Positions 27,328 to 38,506 of a DNA stretch of 64,000 nt are shown here, one piece after another. Within the stretch, counting starts at the first letter, position 1. Each line of letters opens with the position of its first letter. The translations under genes and the position numbers were made by a program. The notes below the pieces were generated by a model. It was not told the origin of the DNA. It searched no databases and saw only the letters and a list, made by a program, of their open reading frames with translations. This DNA comes from an uncultured Nitrososphaerales archaeon (GTDB lineage Archaea > Thermoproteota > Nitrososphaeria > Nitrososphaerales > Nitrososphaeraceae), in contig CAVQMO010000005.1 in the NCBI GenBank assembly GCA_963713605.1, positions 256,001-320,000 on the forward strand, given 5' to 3'.

Positions 27328-27709
27328 CTTAAACCTCAGTAAATTAGATATCCAGTCATTCTCAGACTGTTATTAATACTTTGAGAAAGTAGTATACTTC
27401 CCATATTTCTGACCTTATCAGGAGTCTGTTTTAGGCCATTCAGTAAGTCAATAATCGCGCGATGAAGGTTAGCACGGATTTAAATTTCAAATTCAATATC
27501 TATAATTCTAATAATAGTTCCCAATTAGTGGGTCCTAAATATCTAAACGATATCCGGGTATGTCGATGAGGGCTCTATGGGAAAAACGATATTCGAATGT
27601 CTCGATGCTCGGGTGCCTATCCAGTACATAAAAATTATAGAAAACTATATAAAATCAGCCTCTACTCAGTCTGCCGAAACTACTGCTTATCTATGGATTT
27701 TTCTAGATA

Positions 27710-29064
27710 TTACTTTTTTGTGAATCCATGCATAGTTTTTGTACTTCCCCATGATTTTACTCTGAATGCTTTGATAAACGTTACAAAAAAGTATAGGCTA
27801 AATATGTTGTACAAAGGAATGTACAAGCCATACCGTACGCCTTTTTTCCCATACATTTTTACGAGAGTCAAACCTTGGAGAAAGAAGAGAGCAGCCGTGA
27901 GAGCCAACCACAATTCGGTGTTTATAGAAGAATAATAATACGGAAAATATCCGAAAATTATATTAAATGTGGCTGCAAACCCAATAATAAATAACAATGT
28001 CAACCCGAGAATTGCCGCTACTGGGTTCAGCCACAGCAAAGCGCTAATAATGTCAGTACGTTCAACTGCCTTCCGTTGAAGCATGTCTATAAATCCTTTT
28101 GCCCATCTTGCGCGCTGTCGCAGCATAATGTCAAGGCTTGGGGGTTTCTCATCATAATTTATACAGAGAGGGGCGAATAAGATTCGATATTTGCTTTTCA
28201 AAAGCCTGGTGGTTAATTCATAATCATCTACCAGGTGATTTGCAAATCCTCCTACTTCGATAAGCATATTTCTTCTAATAATATAACCCGTTCCGCCTAA
28301 ACCACCTCTTTTATCAATAAATGCTCTTGTAGTCATATATGGTGTAGACCACAAGTCCCCTTCAAGCGACAGGAGTTTCGTTACTAAACTATAATCCCGG
28401 TTACTGGGCACATATCGGCCTTGTACCTGCTGCAATCCTACCCTTTAGCAGAGGGAGCGCTTTTTCAATGAAATCGTCGCTTAAGAGGCCGTCAGCGTCA
28501 AGAATCATAATATATTCACCACGAGACATTTTTACTCCGTAATTCAATGCGATACCCTTGCCCGCCTCCTCTGTCCTGAAATCTAGTGCCCTAACTCTAT
28601 AATCGGTATCGATTTGAGCTTGCTCATAGGTTTTGTCTGAGCAGTTATGACATACCACTACAACCTCGATATTCTTGTACGTCTGTCTAAGAGCATCTGT
28701 TACAGTCTTCCTGATAACGTTTTCCTCGTTTCTTGCTGCAGACGATTATACTACAGAGGCCGATACTTGAAGAATCCGCTGTCGGGGCGAGACTATTTGG
28801 AGATCGTTTAAATTCCTCATAACGCTCTTGCTGATTTAGCCTGATCTTATCGTATGCTATAAAGTATATTACAAATAAGAAGAATGTTAGAATGGTGTAC
28901 GCAAGAACATACCCAACCAAAGGTAGAGTTATGGCAGACAAATTAACGTCGGGGTCGACCAAAACCTGAAAGCCTGTTGTATAATAGTACAAGATAGTCG
29001 CAATAGGAATGAACCAAAGGTAAAACACCACAAATAAGAAGATAATCCACTTCTTCTCATTCAA
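27710..29064 (-). CDS. Processive membrane GT2 glycosyltransferase (cellulose synthase/PgaC-like), several frameshifts
   Basis: N-terminal TMs, GKGIALN, LDADG (DxD), LVDD, QRARW (QxxRW), C-terminal TMs across ORFs 28687..29064, 28401..28658, 27710..28435. Confidence 0.88.
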
Positions 29065-29647
29065 TATTAGTCCATGCCCCGCAGTCCTTGATTTCTATCA
29101 GTTGGTCGATGCGATTCAATAATATAATCATTCCTAGAATGATCGTGTGTCTTTGTGTGCGGAAATTCTCATAGTTCTCAGAATATCCTAGACCTAGACA
29201 ATTCGGACCTTCTTGCCAACAAAGTGTGCATCATCCCGAATAATGATATCTTCATTATTAATATCAATTATCCTACCGGAACTCAGAAGCCAATTCGCGT
29301 GGCTCGTTGCAAGTCAGTCCTGTTTTTTTGGCTCTATTATCCCTGTACTTCTATACTTGCTAATGAATTTCTGGATAATCCCTCCCACCATACTGGCATT
29401 TGAACTGCAAAACTAATTTGTAACTTTAGGAAGTACCATATCAGCAGTTTGTTATTCCAGGTCGATTTAAAAGACTAGTACAATAATTTCATTAATCGGA
29501 AAAACCACAATCTGCGAGATTACTTATCCATATATACCTTTGATATCTGCGATTAGGCCGCAGACCCACAAGATCTTGGCTTACGCATTAGGTTAACACA
29601 TCGATAAGGTTAATAGAGATTAGTTATGGAGAAATATTCATCAATAA

Positions 29648-31918
29648 ATGGTTACAGTTCTCCTGCAATTGTCGGTCATAGTCACATCCTTGCTGATGAT
29701 TGCCGTTACAACAAGTTCAATGGCGGAAGCTCAGGAACACACCAAAATCCAGCATTTTGGTTGTGGCGACTATGGGAGTTTCGGATATCATTGTGATCCT
29801 ACACTTTACCCATTAAGTTCTTATGCATTAGAAGGAAATAAGTCTGAAATTATACCAGTAACAAATACAGATCCAACGTATGTACCGGGCGTTGCTGGGA
29901 ATGCAATAGAGCTGGCCGCACCATATAGGGAATACATAGAGATTGAAGATAATCGCCATCCTTACGACTATGACAATTTTTCGGTTTCTTTCTGGATCAA
30001 ACAGGTATTTGATCCAAATACACAAAAAGGGCAAATAATTTCCCACAGTAATTCTCAGACAAAAGGAGGATGGTTTTTCAATAGTGTATTTGACTCCGAT
30101 AATAACTACGTCCAGTTCAATTTATCAGACCGTCTCCAAAACTCAACTATGTCAGCTGAAATACCGGTTTCGAACACGACATTTACACATATTATTGGTA
30201 CATTTAATGGATCAACTATTGCTGTCTATAAAAATGGAAGTTTATATGATGTTCGACAATTTGAAGGTGATCAGGATGTTACTCCAGACCCAATAATTCC
30301 TATTCATATTGGATCCGCATCCTTCTGTGATTCTTGTGAAAGATGGAATGGCATTATCGATGAAGTTATGCTTTTTAACGGTACAATCTCCAACGACCAG
30401 GCAAAACTATTGTATTCGGAGTCAGTCTCCGGAAACAGATCGTCTGAGAAAGACAAAGCTCAAGAAGTTACTGATCTAGTTGGATATTGGGGTTTTGATG
30501 GGAATTTAGAAGATGCGTCTGGTGGCAAGAATAATGCAACCGTTTTTACACCAATAGGGAGCATTGTATTTTCACCGGATGGCCGTATGTTCCTTTCTGA
30601 GAAGAATACGGGAAAAATCATGATCATGAAAAATAATACGCTATTGCCCAATCCGTTCGCGACTATAGAGGGAGTCTATGTTAACTGGGAACAAGGTCTA
30701 TTGGGCCTTGCTATAGATCCACAGTTTCAAGAGAATCATTTTGTTTACGCTTACTATACTACCATAAATAACGAAACCGGAGAACCCATGAATAGAGTGG
30801 TAAGGTTCACTGAAAAAAATAATACAGCCACGGAAATGAAAATTCTCCTAGATGGTATACCTGCGTCCAGGGGGTATCACTCAGGCGGCGCACTCGCATT
30901 TGGTCCAGATGATAAGTTGTACATTACAGTAGGAGATGCAACTCAACACATTTTTGCACAATCTATTTCAACTCCAATTGGAAAAGTCCTGCGCATTGAG
31001 AGAGATGGCTCAATCCCTTCGGACAATCCCTATCCAGATTCCCCTGTTTATACTCTAGGGCACAGAAACATGTATGGTATCGCCTTCGATAATAATGGAA
31101 CAGGGTTAGTATTTGAGAGCGGGGACGTTATATATGATGAAATAAATGTTCTTAAGAAAGGGGGAAACTATGGCTTTCCTGTTTATCAGCCTGCGAATGC
31201 ACCTCCAGAGTTATCAAATTCGACTATAGATATTAAACCTATAAGGAGTTACTGGAATACTATATCGCCCACTCAGGCCATATACTATAACGGTACGCAG
31301 TTTCCATATTTACAAGATAGCTTCATATTTGGCACATATACCGGAAATTTATATTCTGTAACCTTAAATAATGATACCAAAAAAATAGACTCTGAATCAC
31401 ATATACTTCTTAAAAATTATCCTTTTGAGCCCGTTATCTCCATTGCTGAATCACCTGATGGAGATCTTTACTTTGGAGCTTTTCATATTTACAATTTGAC
31501 ATCTCTAGATCTAAATGATGCTTATCAAGACTTCTTTCCAGTGAGTGTCGAAATGCCTAAATATTTGACGGTCACACAACTCCAGGTCAATCCAGATCAG
31601 AGTTTTGCTTACTTGGATGTATCTACAGGGGGCGTAACTGGGTATGAAAACGCCACAATTGTAGAAAATGCTACTACTGCTGTACCTGCAGAATCGAAGG
31701 ATACATTTTCAATTTCGAACACTTCTCTGCTGAATGTAACTATCCCTACCTCTGTTCTAACCAACGTGAATGCCGTCAATGTATCTCAGTCAGGTATTGA
31801 GCATCCGACAGAGTTTTCGATCTCTAGCAGCCAGACTGGCAGCTCAAATATCATTACTATTCCAGTATTTCAAGGACTTAATGGCCGAATAGTTATTTAT
31901 GGCGAGAATAATAATTAG
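29648..31918 (+). CDS. Secreted LamG-like + PQQ-dependent sugar dehydrogenase (GSDH family)
   Basis: FSVSFWIK...GIIDEVMLFN (LamG); EQGLLGLAIDPQF, HSGGALAFGPDDKLYITVGDA, GKVLRI..DGSIPSDNP, GHRNMYG, DEIN..KKGGNYG. Confidence 0.92.
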   Translation: MVTVLLQLSVIVTSLLMIAVTTSSMAEAQEHTKIQHFGCGDYGSFGYHCDPTLYPLSSYALEGNKSEIIPVTNTDPTYVPGVAGNAIELAAPYREYIEIEDNRHPYDYDNFSVSFWIKQVFDPNTQKGQIISHSNSQTKGGWFFNSVFDSDNNYVQFNLSDRLQNSTMSAEIPVSNTTFTHIIGTFNGSTIAVYKNGSLYDVRQFEGDQDVTPDPIIPIHIGSASFCDSCERWNGIIDEVMLFNGTISNDQAKLLYSESVSGNRSSEKDKAQEVTDLVGYWGFDGNLEDASGGKNNATVFTPIGSIVFSPDGRMFLSEKNTGKIMIMKNNTLLPNPFATIEGVYVNWEQGLLGLAIDPQFQENHFVYAYYTTINNETGEPMNRVVRFTEKNNTATEMKILLDGIPASRGYHSGGALAFGPDDKLYITVGDATQHIFAQSISTPIGKVLRIERDGSIPSDNPYPDSPVYTLGHRNMYGIAFDNNGTGLVFESGDVIYDEINVLKKGGNYGFPVYQPANAPPELSNSTIDIKPIRSYWNTISPTQAIYYNGTQFPYLQDSFIFGTYTGNLYSVTLNNDTKKIDSESHILLKNYPFEPVISIAESPDGDLYFGAFHIYNLTSLDLNDAYQDFFPVSVEMPKYLTVTQLQVNPDQSFAYLDVSTGGVTGYENATIVENATTAVPAESKDTFSISNTSLLNVTIPTSVLTNVNAVNVSQSGIEHPTEFSISSSQTGSSNIITIPVFQGLNGRIVIYGENNN

Positions 31919-32025
31919 TAAATGATTGTCCTTTCCTACAACAGTTTGCATTATTTCTATGAGACGCTTCTTCCAGCCAGTGCAATGGCTCTTTTGAATA
32001 ATCCACACAGTTCTTGTTTCTGCTA

Positions 32026-32589
32026 TTAGCATTCTAGGATGTTCTTGCAAATCCAATCTCTAATAACATGAGGTACATCCTCAAAAGAAAATGCTTTATG
32101 AACGGAAAGAACGCTCTGTATTGTAACCTTTTCACCTAAACTATCTGACACCTTTACCTTAATTGTCTGACTTGGATACTCTGCCTCTATTAGACCCTTG
32201 TAAATACTCCAGCTTTCCCTGACACACTGTGCTATTTTGTTCTCTGAATGGATAACAAAATACATCATACAAATGTTGATTTCCCTCTCCGGAGAAACTT
32301 GTATCCTTACAACATTCTTTCCCTCTGTTAGTTGCTGATTGGTGATTTGAATTCTAAGGGGAGAAGAAGGTGTTTTATCCGTGTCCTCGCTGCCCTTGTC
32401 ACTGCTGCCAGTTTGAGGTAGCTGGGGAGCCGGCAGAGGCACAGGGCCTAATTGAGCATCTGATTGTTCAGTACATATAAGAGAAGATAACAGAATAACA
32501 AATAGCATTCCAACGAGTAGGTTTTCATACATAATTCTGAACGCCATTATTCTTGATCGTCTTTGAATAAAATCATATATATTTTTCAA
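32026..32589 (-). CDS. Secreted hypothetical protein
   Basis: Hydrophobic segment ending DAQ, Pro-rich linker, beta-rich domain. Confidence 0.65.
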   Translation of the reverse strand: MKNIYDFIQRRSRIMAFRIMYENLLVGMLFVILLSSLICTEQSDAQLGPVPLPAPQLPQTGSSDKGSEDTDKTPSSPLRIQITNQQLTEGKNVVRIQVSPEREINICMMYFVIHSENKIAQCVRESWSIYKGLIEAEYPSQTIKVKVSDSLGEKVTIQSVLSVHKAFSFEDVPHVIRDWICKNILEC

Positions 32590-32898
32590 CCCGAGGTTGA
32601 GATTTTCCGACTCGGAAAAGAATAACTAGGTTACCATACCTCACCTTAGGATAGTACAGAGATTAAGCTCGGGCGTCAAAACATGAGATGATACTTAGAA
32701 CTTTCTGTAGTCCTACCAGAAATTACTGTTTCATATAAAATATATTTTTTATTACCTTTTTGGAATAAATTGTCCGATATTAGATGATATTCAGAAAATT
32801 CGTGGCATTCTTTACATCCTTGTAAAAAAGCTTTGATTTACAAGCAATAAGTTCAACAAGATTTAATAGCGTTAGATGAGGAACCATCTCCACTCATA

Positions 32899-33522
32899 AT
32901 GCTAGTCAACCGTGATACCAAATTTGGGATTGTAATAGCCATAGTAGTAGGGACGTTGATTTTAGTGACAGCCCTTGCTGCTTCGGCAGAGACGAATTAT
33001 GTCCAAATAGCTATCTACGGTAAAGATCAATCTGTTAACGAAGATGATCAAGTTAATGCAGAAGAAAATGGCGTGAACAACGACCAGTCAACTAACGGAA
33101 ACCCAACCCAAAACAACGAAGACTTGGATACCAATAGAGATAATGCGGATGTAGAGTCTAAGGACGCAGATAATGGTCAACCCGAACAGCAAGGTTCAAA
33201 CGTTGACAGTGAGCTGGAAACTCTTGAAAACGAGAGGAAGACGATGCTCGTAAAGGGTATTCCAGATATCGAAAGGTTCCTCCCGACGAGTAAAATGGCC
33301 TCAGGTGATATAGTAGATGTTCCAACTAAAGGAGATCCAACTGAAGGTAATATAGCCTCTATAGGTAAGATGGCCTCAGGTGATGTAGTAGATTCAGATG
33401 ATGCTATTATTGTTAGGAGTGACCCTATCGATCATGAATCCTACATAATTTGTGAATCCAATCACTTAAGCTACCAATGTGTTTCACATCCATATCCTGA
33501 AGATACCCCTAGTGGTGATTAA
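32899..33522 (+). CDS. Secreted acidic low-complexity protein
   Basis: Signal peptide, D/E/N-rich region, repeated KMASGD(I/V)VD; TATA 'tttaata' near 32863. Confidence 0.7.
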   Translation: MLVNRDTKFGIVIAIVVGTLILVTALAASAETNYVQIAIYGKDQSVNEDDQVNAEENGVNNDQSTNGNPTQNNEDLDTNRDNADVESKDADNGQPEQQGSNVDSELETLENERKTMLVKGIPDIERFLPTSKMASGDIVDVPTKGDPTEGNIASIGKMASGDVVDSDDAIIVRSDPIDHESYIICESNHLSYQCVSHPYPEDTPSGD

Positions 33523-33825
33523 TTGGATTATCTGGCCTTTTTTATTACATGACCAAAGATTGTTCAATCGTCTGCGTCTATAGACTCCAAAAAAATGCGG
33601 CTCTCCTTAGCCAACAAAATGTTCGATTCGTTCGAGTTAACAAGAGATTTAGAGCCTTCAAATCCTCTAAAGTCCCATGAGATTGCATATGACAATCTTG
33701 GCTTAAGAATAAGATTGAGGTATCCTGACAATTGGCTAACAGAACATCGAAGCAACAGGTCTATGAGATTGTGATCCTGTCACCATCCGAGAATGATGAA
33801 TATTTGTTCGATGACAGAATGACCA

Positions 33826-34140
33826 TTGAAGCCCGGCTTAAAATACTCCAAGTGGACGGCGCGCGCTCTTGATAATTACATTCATAAATACATTGAAGAA
33901 TCTCAGAAGTCACAAAAATTCACTCCTATTGAATCGGTTCCATTAACTGTTGCCAAATTGACGGCTAAAAGAATAACATATGGAATAATAGATAGTTGGG
34001 GAAAAGAAAGATATCTCCATTGTAACGTTGTAATAACAACTAAAATGTATTGCATTACATATGGAAATGAAGATAAAGCGTATGATAAAAGATCGATAGA
34101 TTTTCAAAGAGTAATCAACAGCATAGAATTAGCCAGTTGA
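33826..34140 (+). CDS. PsbP-like fragment, possibly pseudogene
   Basis: LTAKRITY...KMYCITY......YDK...DFQRVINSIE resembles the PsbP/Mog1 C-half; no N-terminal part. Confidence 0.45.
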   Translation: MKPGLKYSKWTARALDNYIHKYIEESQKSQKFTPIESVPLTVAKLTAKRITYGIIDSWGKERYLHCNVVITTKMYCITYGNEDKAYDKRSIDFQRVINSIELAS

Positions 34141-34356
34141 TAAAAAGTTACAGTTAGATCGGAAAAGTATAGTAGAACGATAACAAATTTCATTTTGGTG
34201 TCTGTAATCTCAATTTTGACGATTTTATGCGGAACCTTCGAGTATGGTGGTTCGACTCGAAATGTACTAAAATTGATTATTCATATACAAACATCGACAA
34301 AGAATCAGTTAGTCCCCATTAGAAAAGTTTTAGTAGGGCACGATGACACTTACACG

Positions 34357-34659
34357 ATGAGATTCCAAGTGAATGGGAACCATTTATTGAGGGGGATTAT
34401 AGTCACATTGGGATTTTTTGCTGCATTTGTGACAGCGCCAATTATGCCTCAATCTGCGTTAAGTCAGTTCGCCTCGCCAACCGGAATGAATCAATCTTCG
34501 TCGCCTGGAATAAATATACCTCCTAACGATTCGTTCATTGGCGGAGATGACGTGCTTACTAAAGATTGCTTGTATAATGGTCAACTATACAGTCCAGGTT
34601 CGGTTGTGCCCATGCCTGGTGGAAACAAAGAATGTCAAAATAATGGCGCTTGGTTATAA
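34357..34659 (+). CDS. Small secreted protein with C-terminal DUF1496-like Cys domain
   Basis: Signal-like segment; CLYNGQLYSPGSVVPMPGGNKECQNNGAW. Confidence 0.6.
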   Translation: MRFQVNGNHLLRGIIVTLGFFAAFVTAPIMPQSALSQFASPTGMNQSSSPGINIPPNDSFIGGDDVLTKDCLYNGQLYSPGSVVPMPGGNKECQNNGAWL

Positions 34660-34876
34660 CCCCTGCGTAAAGCCTGAGGCACATTTAGACTGCTTTGACC
34701 TAGAGGTCATTAAAATCGGAAGCAAAGGTTGACGGTATTCATTATCTACCTTTAACACCATAAGGTACTCATCCTTGGGCTGGCTTGATAGCCGCTTTTT
34801 ATATCCTAGAATAAGAAGATCTACTTATTAAAAATTTAAATATGAGTTACCGCGCATTAATCCGATACTTTTTCCA

Positions 34877-35911
34877 ATGACTAAGATAAAACTAGTGCAA
34901 GTAGGAATAATCGTTTCAGTTGGTATCTTGGTAAGTTGTAGCGTAGGCTTTTCAACCTCCGACTTAGCACATGCCATACCGGTCGACGATGATACAGTTT
35001 CACTAACGTATTGGTCCATTCCTGTTTCTCAGAATCGCGTTTCTGATATGAAATCTGATTTTGGAGAGAATATTTTCTTCACTTATCAGAATATGAATAA
35101 GATTGCGAGACTAGACCCAGAATCGAATATTATTACCGAATGGACATTTGATCGTAATCCCCCTATATCTCAAATTTCGCTTGACCTAAGGTCAGGGTTG
35201 GTATACTTTACTTATGAAAATATGAATAAATTAGGGAGGCTTCATCCAGGAACCAATATTGTTACTGAATGGACGATTAAGAATAATGCAACTACTGATA
35301 GGCCTGGTTTAGAAAGCTTAGCATTTGATTCGTCGTCAGGTAAAGTGTACTTTACCCTAGCGAGTACAAATAAGATAGGAAGTCTAAATCCAGAAACCAA
35401 TACGGTAACACAATGGTCTGTTCCTGGTAACTCTACAGACAAGGCTCAGGTTACTTTTACTGCATTTGATCCTAGTTCAAGCGATTTCTATATCTTAAAG
35501 AATGGATCTCCACCAAGTATAGTTAGGCTTGATACCTCAACAAATAATATCACTGAATGGACGATCCCCAGTAATTCAACAAATATCACGTCATTTAGCA
35601 GAGGCTTTGATGGTTACTATTTTACATATGAAAACATAAACAAGATAGGGAAGTTTGATCCATCAACGAATAATATTACTGAATGGACCATCCAGAACAA
35701 TATAACTGGATTTTCAGATGCAGGCTACGATCTATCAACAGGAATGATATATTTTACTTCTGAAGGCATAAACAAGTTAGGGAGATGGGTTCCATACAAT
35801 GGTATTACTACAGAGTGGAAAGTAGATAATACCCCTCTTAGTCTAATCATCGCTCCTTCGGGCAGCATATACTTTACAGACGAGTTAGGTAGAATCGGTA
35901 GGATCAGTTAA
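34877..35911 (+). CDS. Secreted Vgb-lyase-like beta-propeller protein
   Basis: Repeated YFTYEN.NK.GRLDP.TN.ITEW units. Confidence 0.85.
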   Translation: MTKIKLVQVGIIVSVGILVSCSVGFSTSDLAHAIPVDDDTVSLTYWSIPVSQNRVSDMKSDFGENIFFTYQNMNKIARLDPESNIITEWTFDRNPPISQISLDLRSGLVYFTYENMNKLGRLHPGTNIVTEWTIKNNATTDRPGLESLAFDSSSGKVYFTLASTNKIGSLNPETNTVTQWSVPGNSTDKAQVTFTAFDPSSSDFYILKNGSPPSIVRLDTSTNNITEWTIPSNSTNITSFSRGFDGYYFTYENINKIGKFDPSTNNITEWTIQNNITGFSDAGYDLSTGMIYFTSEGINKLGRWVPYNGITTEWKVDNTPLSLIIAPSGSIYFTDELGRIGRIS

Positions 35912-35933
35912 CAGGGATGTTGAGATCATTACA

Positions 35934-36341
35934 ATGAATTTGTCCGGTTGTATTTTGATAGCAATGGGTTTTATCCTCTTGATTTATCTCACAAGTGCCG
36001 CCACGTTTGGCATGCATTCCGTTTATGGCCAAAATATTACGGATTTCTTGCCCACTTCGGGGTCTATAACCTATCATTTAACCTCCTCATCTGAAATTGC
36101 TCCTGTTACCGAGACCTCAGCGTCATTGAATACTACGCCTTTCAGTATGATAAAGCCTCCGTCCTTATCTTCGGAAGCGCTTCCCTCAAATTATAAAGCT
36201 TCTTCTGAGTTTTCTTCTATATCTTTTATTTCCGTGGATACATCAATCAGCCGTAATACAGCGGTTGTGACTGGATCAATTACTACGCCATTTTCTACCG
36301 CATTTGCTAATGAGTCAAGTTCAACAGTGAGAGGCAGTTAG
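35934..36341 (+). CDS. Secreted Ser/Thr-rich hypothetical protein
   Basis: Signal peptide ending VYGQ, S/T-rich body. Confidence 0.55.
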   Translation: MNLSGCILIAMGFILLIYLTSAATFGMHSVYGQNITDFLPTSGSITYHLTSSSEIAPVTETSASLNTTPFSMIKPPSLSSEALPSNYKASSEFSSISFISVDTSISRNTAVVTGSITTPFSTAFANESSSTVRGS

Positions 36342-36441
36342 TCAGCGCTCTCATTTTGAAATAACGAAAGCGCGCTGAGGTCAAATTTCGCCAGTTTAAC
36401 CAAAAGCAGAAAAACTTTTAAACGGCATTTAATGGAAGCAA

Positions 36442-38001
36442 ATGCTAGTGCACTGTAATTCTGTCTCAATCGAAGCGGTAGTTTTGTTCACGATTTTTAC
36501 TTACTCTGTTTTACTCCTACTTGAGATTACCTCATATCCTTTTGCCTCCCCGCCATTTGGCGAAGTCTTGGCGACCTATGGACCACTGGACATATTGGAC
36601 CCGCAACTGTCGAATCAGTCCAGTAATGGGACAACGAGCTACGACATACCCTCAATTATAAGCATTGATTTTCCTGTGCCTGGCTCAGTTATCCCAAGGA
36701 ATTTAGTGACGATCAATGGAAGCATAACGGATCCAGATGGTAATCTGGAAAAGGTGGAAGTATTTATCAATAGGTATCCATTTGATGGAAAATACACTTT
36801 TGTATATTCGCAGCCTGTCGGAAACAACTCTGACAGCGAAGTGACTTCTAACAATGGTAAAAATTATAATTGGTCCTTTGAGGTCCCTTTTTACTCTTCT
36901 GGTGTATATAGAATACTAGCTCATGCACAAGATAGTGCTAGAAATCATAAATGGGACGATGTTAATGTATACATACCATTTAATTCATCAGCGCCGTCGT
37001 CTTCGCTATTGCAAGAGTCTCAAGCTCAGGGAAGCGTCAACAACTATAATAATTCATGGGCTAACTCAACGAGAATTGCAATTGTAAATCCAACATTTAC
37101 AGATGCAGCGTATGGACCAAATGCATTCTATATCTTTTATGAGAAGTATGACCGTACAGGCATTTACGATCAAATCCTTCCGACTGAGGCACATGTAACT
37201 ACTGATCTAGATATGTTGACTGCTGAACTTGATCCCCGTGTCTATATTGAACGTTTCACACCGGCAGATTCGGCAAAGAATATTACTATGTTTTCGCGCA
37301 TAGACCCAGACAATAGGCAAATTGGAATATTGAAGGACCGTATAGAGAAGGAGTTGTTACCAAATCGATCTGACGTTATTGTAGTAAGAGATGAAGATGT
37401 TCACAATGGATACATTTTTGGTGACAGCAATGGATCTAATGCCTATGATATTCTTATAGTAAACCATGATGAATATGTTTCCCAACAGATGTATGATAAT
37501 TATAGGAAATTTGTTCAAAACGGCGGCACTATGATATTACTTGACGGCAATACGTTCTATGCGGAGGTCAAATATAGTCCTGTTAACAATACAATAACGT
37601 TGGTAAAAGGCCACGATTGGGAATATGATTTCGATAAAAAAGTCGCAAGACCAGGACCTCACGAAAGGTGGTTTGATGAAAATAGAGAGTGGATAGGATC
37701 AAATTTTCTTCTTTCTGATATTAACGAGAATATTACCTTTGCTAATAACCCTTTTAATTATACGCACTTTGAGGATAACTTTGTAAACAATCCTAACATT
37801 ACTACTATTCTCGACTACGAGGCGAGAATCCCACCATCTAACGCCTTTTCTGGAGCCACAGTAGCTACCTATGAATTGCCTGTTGGTAAAGGAAACGTAA
37901 TAGTTATAGGGATATATGGTGAGAATTTAATAAAAGAAAATAATGAAGAATTCCTTAAGTTCTTCGACTCTTTACTGCTCAAATCAGTGAACGATTTATG
38001 A
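36442..38001 (+). CDS. Secreted Ig-like + N,N-dimethylformamidase beta-subunit-like domain protein
   Basis: IAIVNPTFTDAAY; YDILIVNHDEYVSQQMYDNYRKFVQNGG.MILLDGN.FYAEV. Confidence 0.82.
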   Translation: MLVHCNSVSIEAVVLFTIFTYSVLLLLEITSYPFASPPFGEVLATYGPLDILDPQLSNQSSNGTTSYDIPSIISIDFPVPGSVIPRNLVTINGSITDPDGNLEKVEVFINRYPFDGKYTFVYSQPVGNNSDSEVTSNNGKNYNWSFEVPFYSSGVYRILAHAQDSARNHKWDDVNVYIPFNSSAPSSSLLQESQAQGSVNNYNNSWANSTRIAIVNPTFTDAAYGPNAFYIFYEKYDRTGIYDQILPTEAHVTTDLDMLTAELDPRVYIERFTPADSAKNITMFSRIDPDNRQIGILKDRIEKELLPNRSDVIVVRDEDVHNGYIFGDSNGSNAYDILIVNHDEYVSQQMYDNYRKFVQNGGTMILLDGNTFYAEVKYSPVNNTITLVKGHDWEYDFDKKVARPGPHERWFDENREWIGSNFLLSDINENITFANNPFNYTHFEDNFVNNPNITTILDYEARIPPSNAFSGATVATYELPVGKGNVIVIGIYGENLIKENNEEFLKFFDSLLLKSVNDL

Positions 38002-38506
38002 AGAATCTTATTCTATATCCATTAGTCAATGTTGGTTATCTTATTCTAGAAATAAAGGTGGGTGTAGTGGTTTGAATTCAGTTGAGTAAATATCAATAAT
38101 ATTAAGTAGACTTGGGCTTTTTCAATTGTTATGTCAAGGAAGCGGTAGTAATAGAAGCGAGTGGTATAACTTAGCCTAATAATAATGATAACTAAGTAAA
38201 ATCTTGAGAAAAAATATCCCTACTTTTCTGTATTGCCATATCCTCCCTTTATTTGGTAAAGTTGTACATCTATCAAACGATCATCACAGAGAACGTCTTA
38301 ATGTCGAGAAAAAGTACCTGTTAACTTTCAGTCATACATTAACTTCAGATTATATTTGCTAGATAATGGAAATTCTCTTTATCAACAAGGTATCTTATCA
38401 GAATGCATAAGTTCAACGCTTCAACCTGCGTGAATTAGTGGGACGGAGTACATGCGAATGCTCGCTATTTAATCCTTGAACTATGATGGGACTGTATGCT
38501 CTTTAC

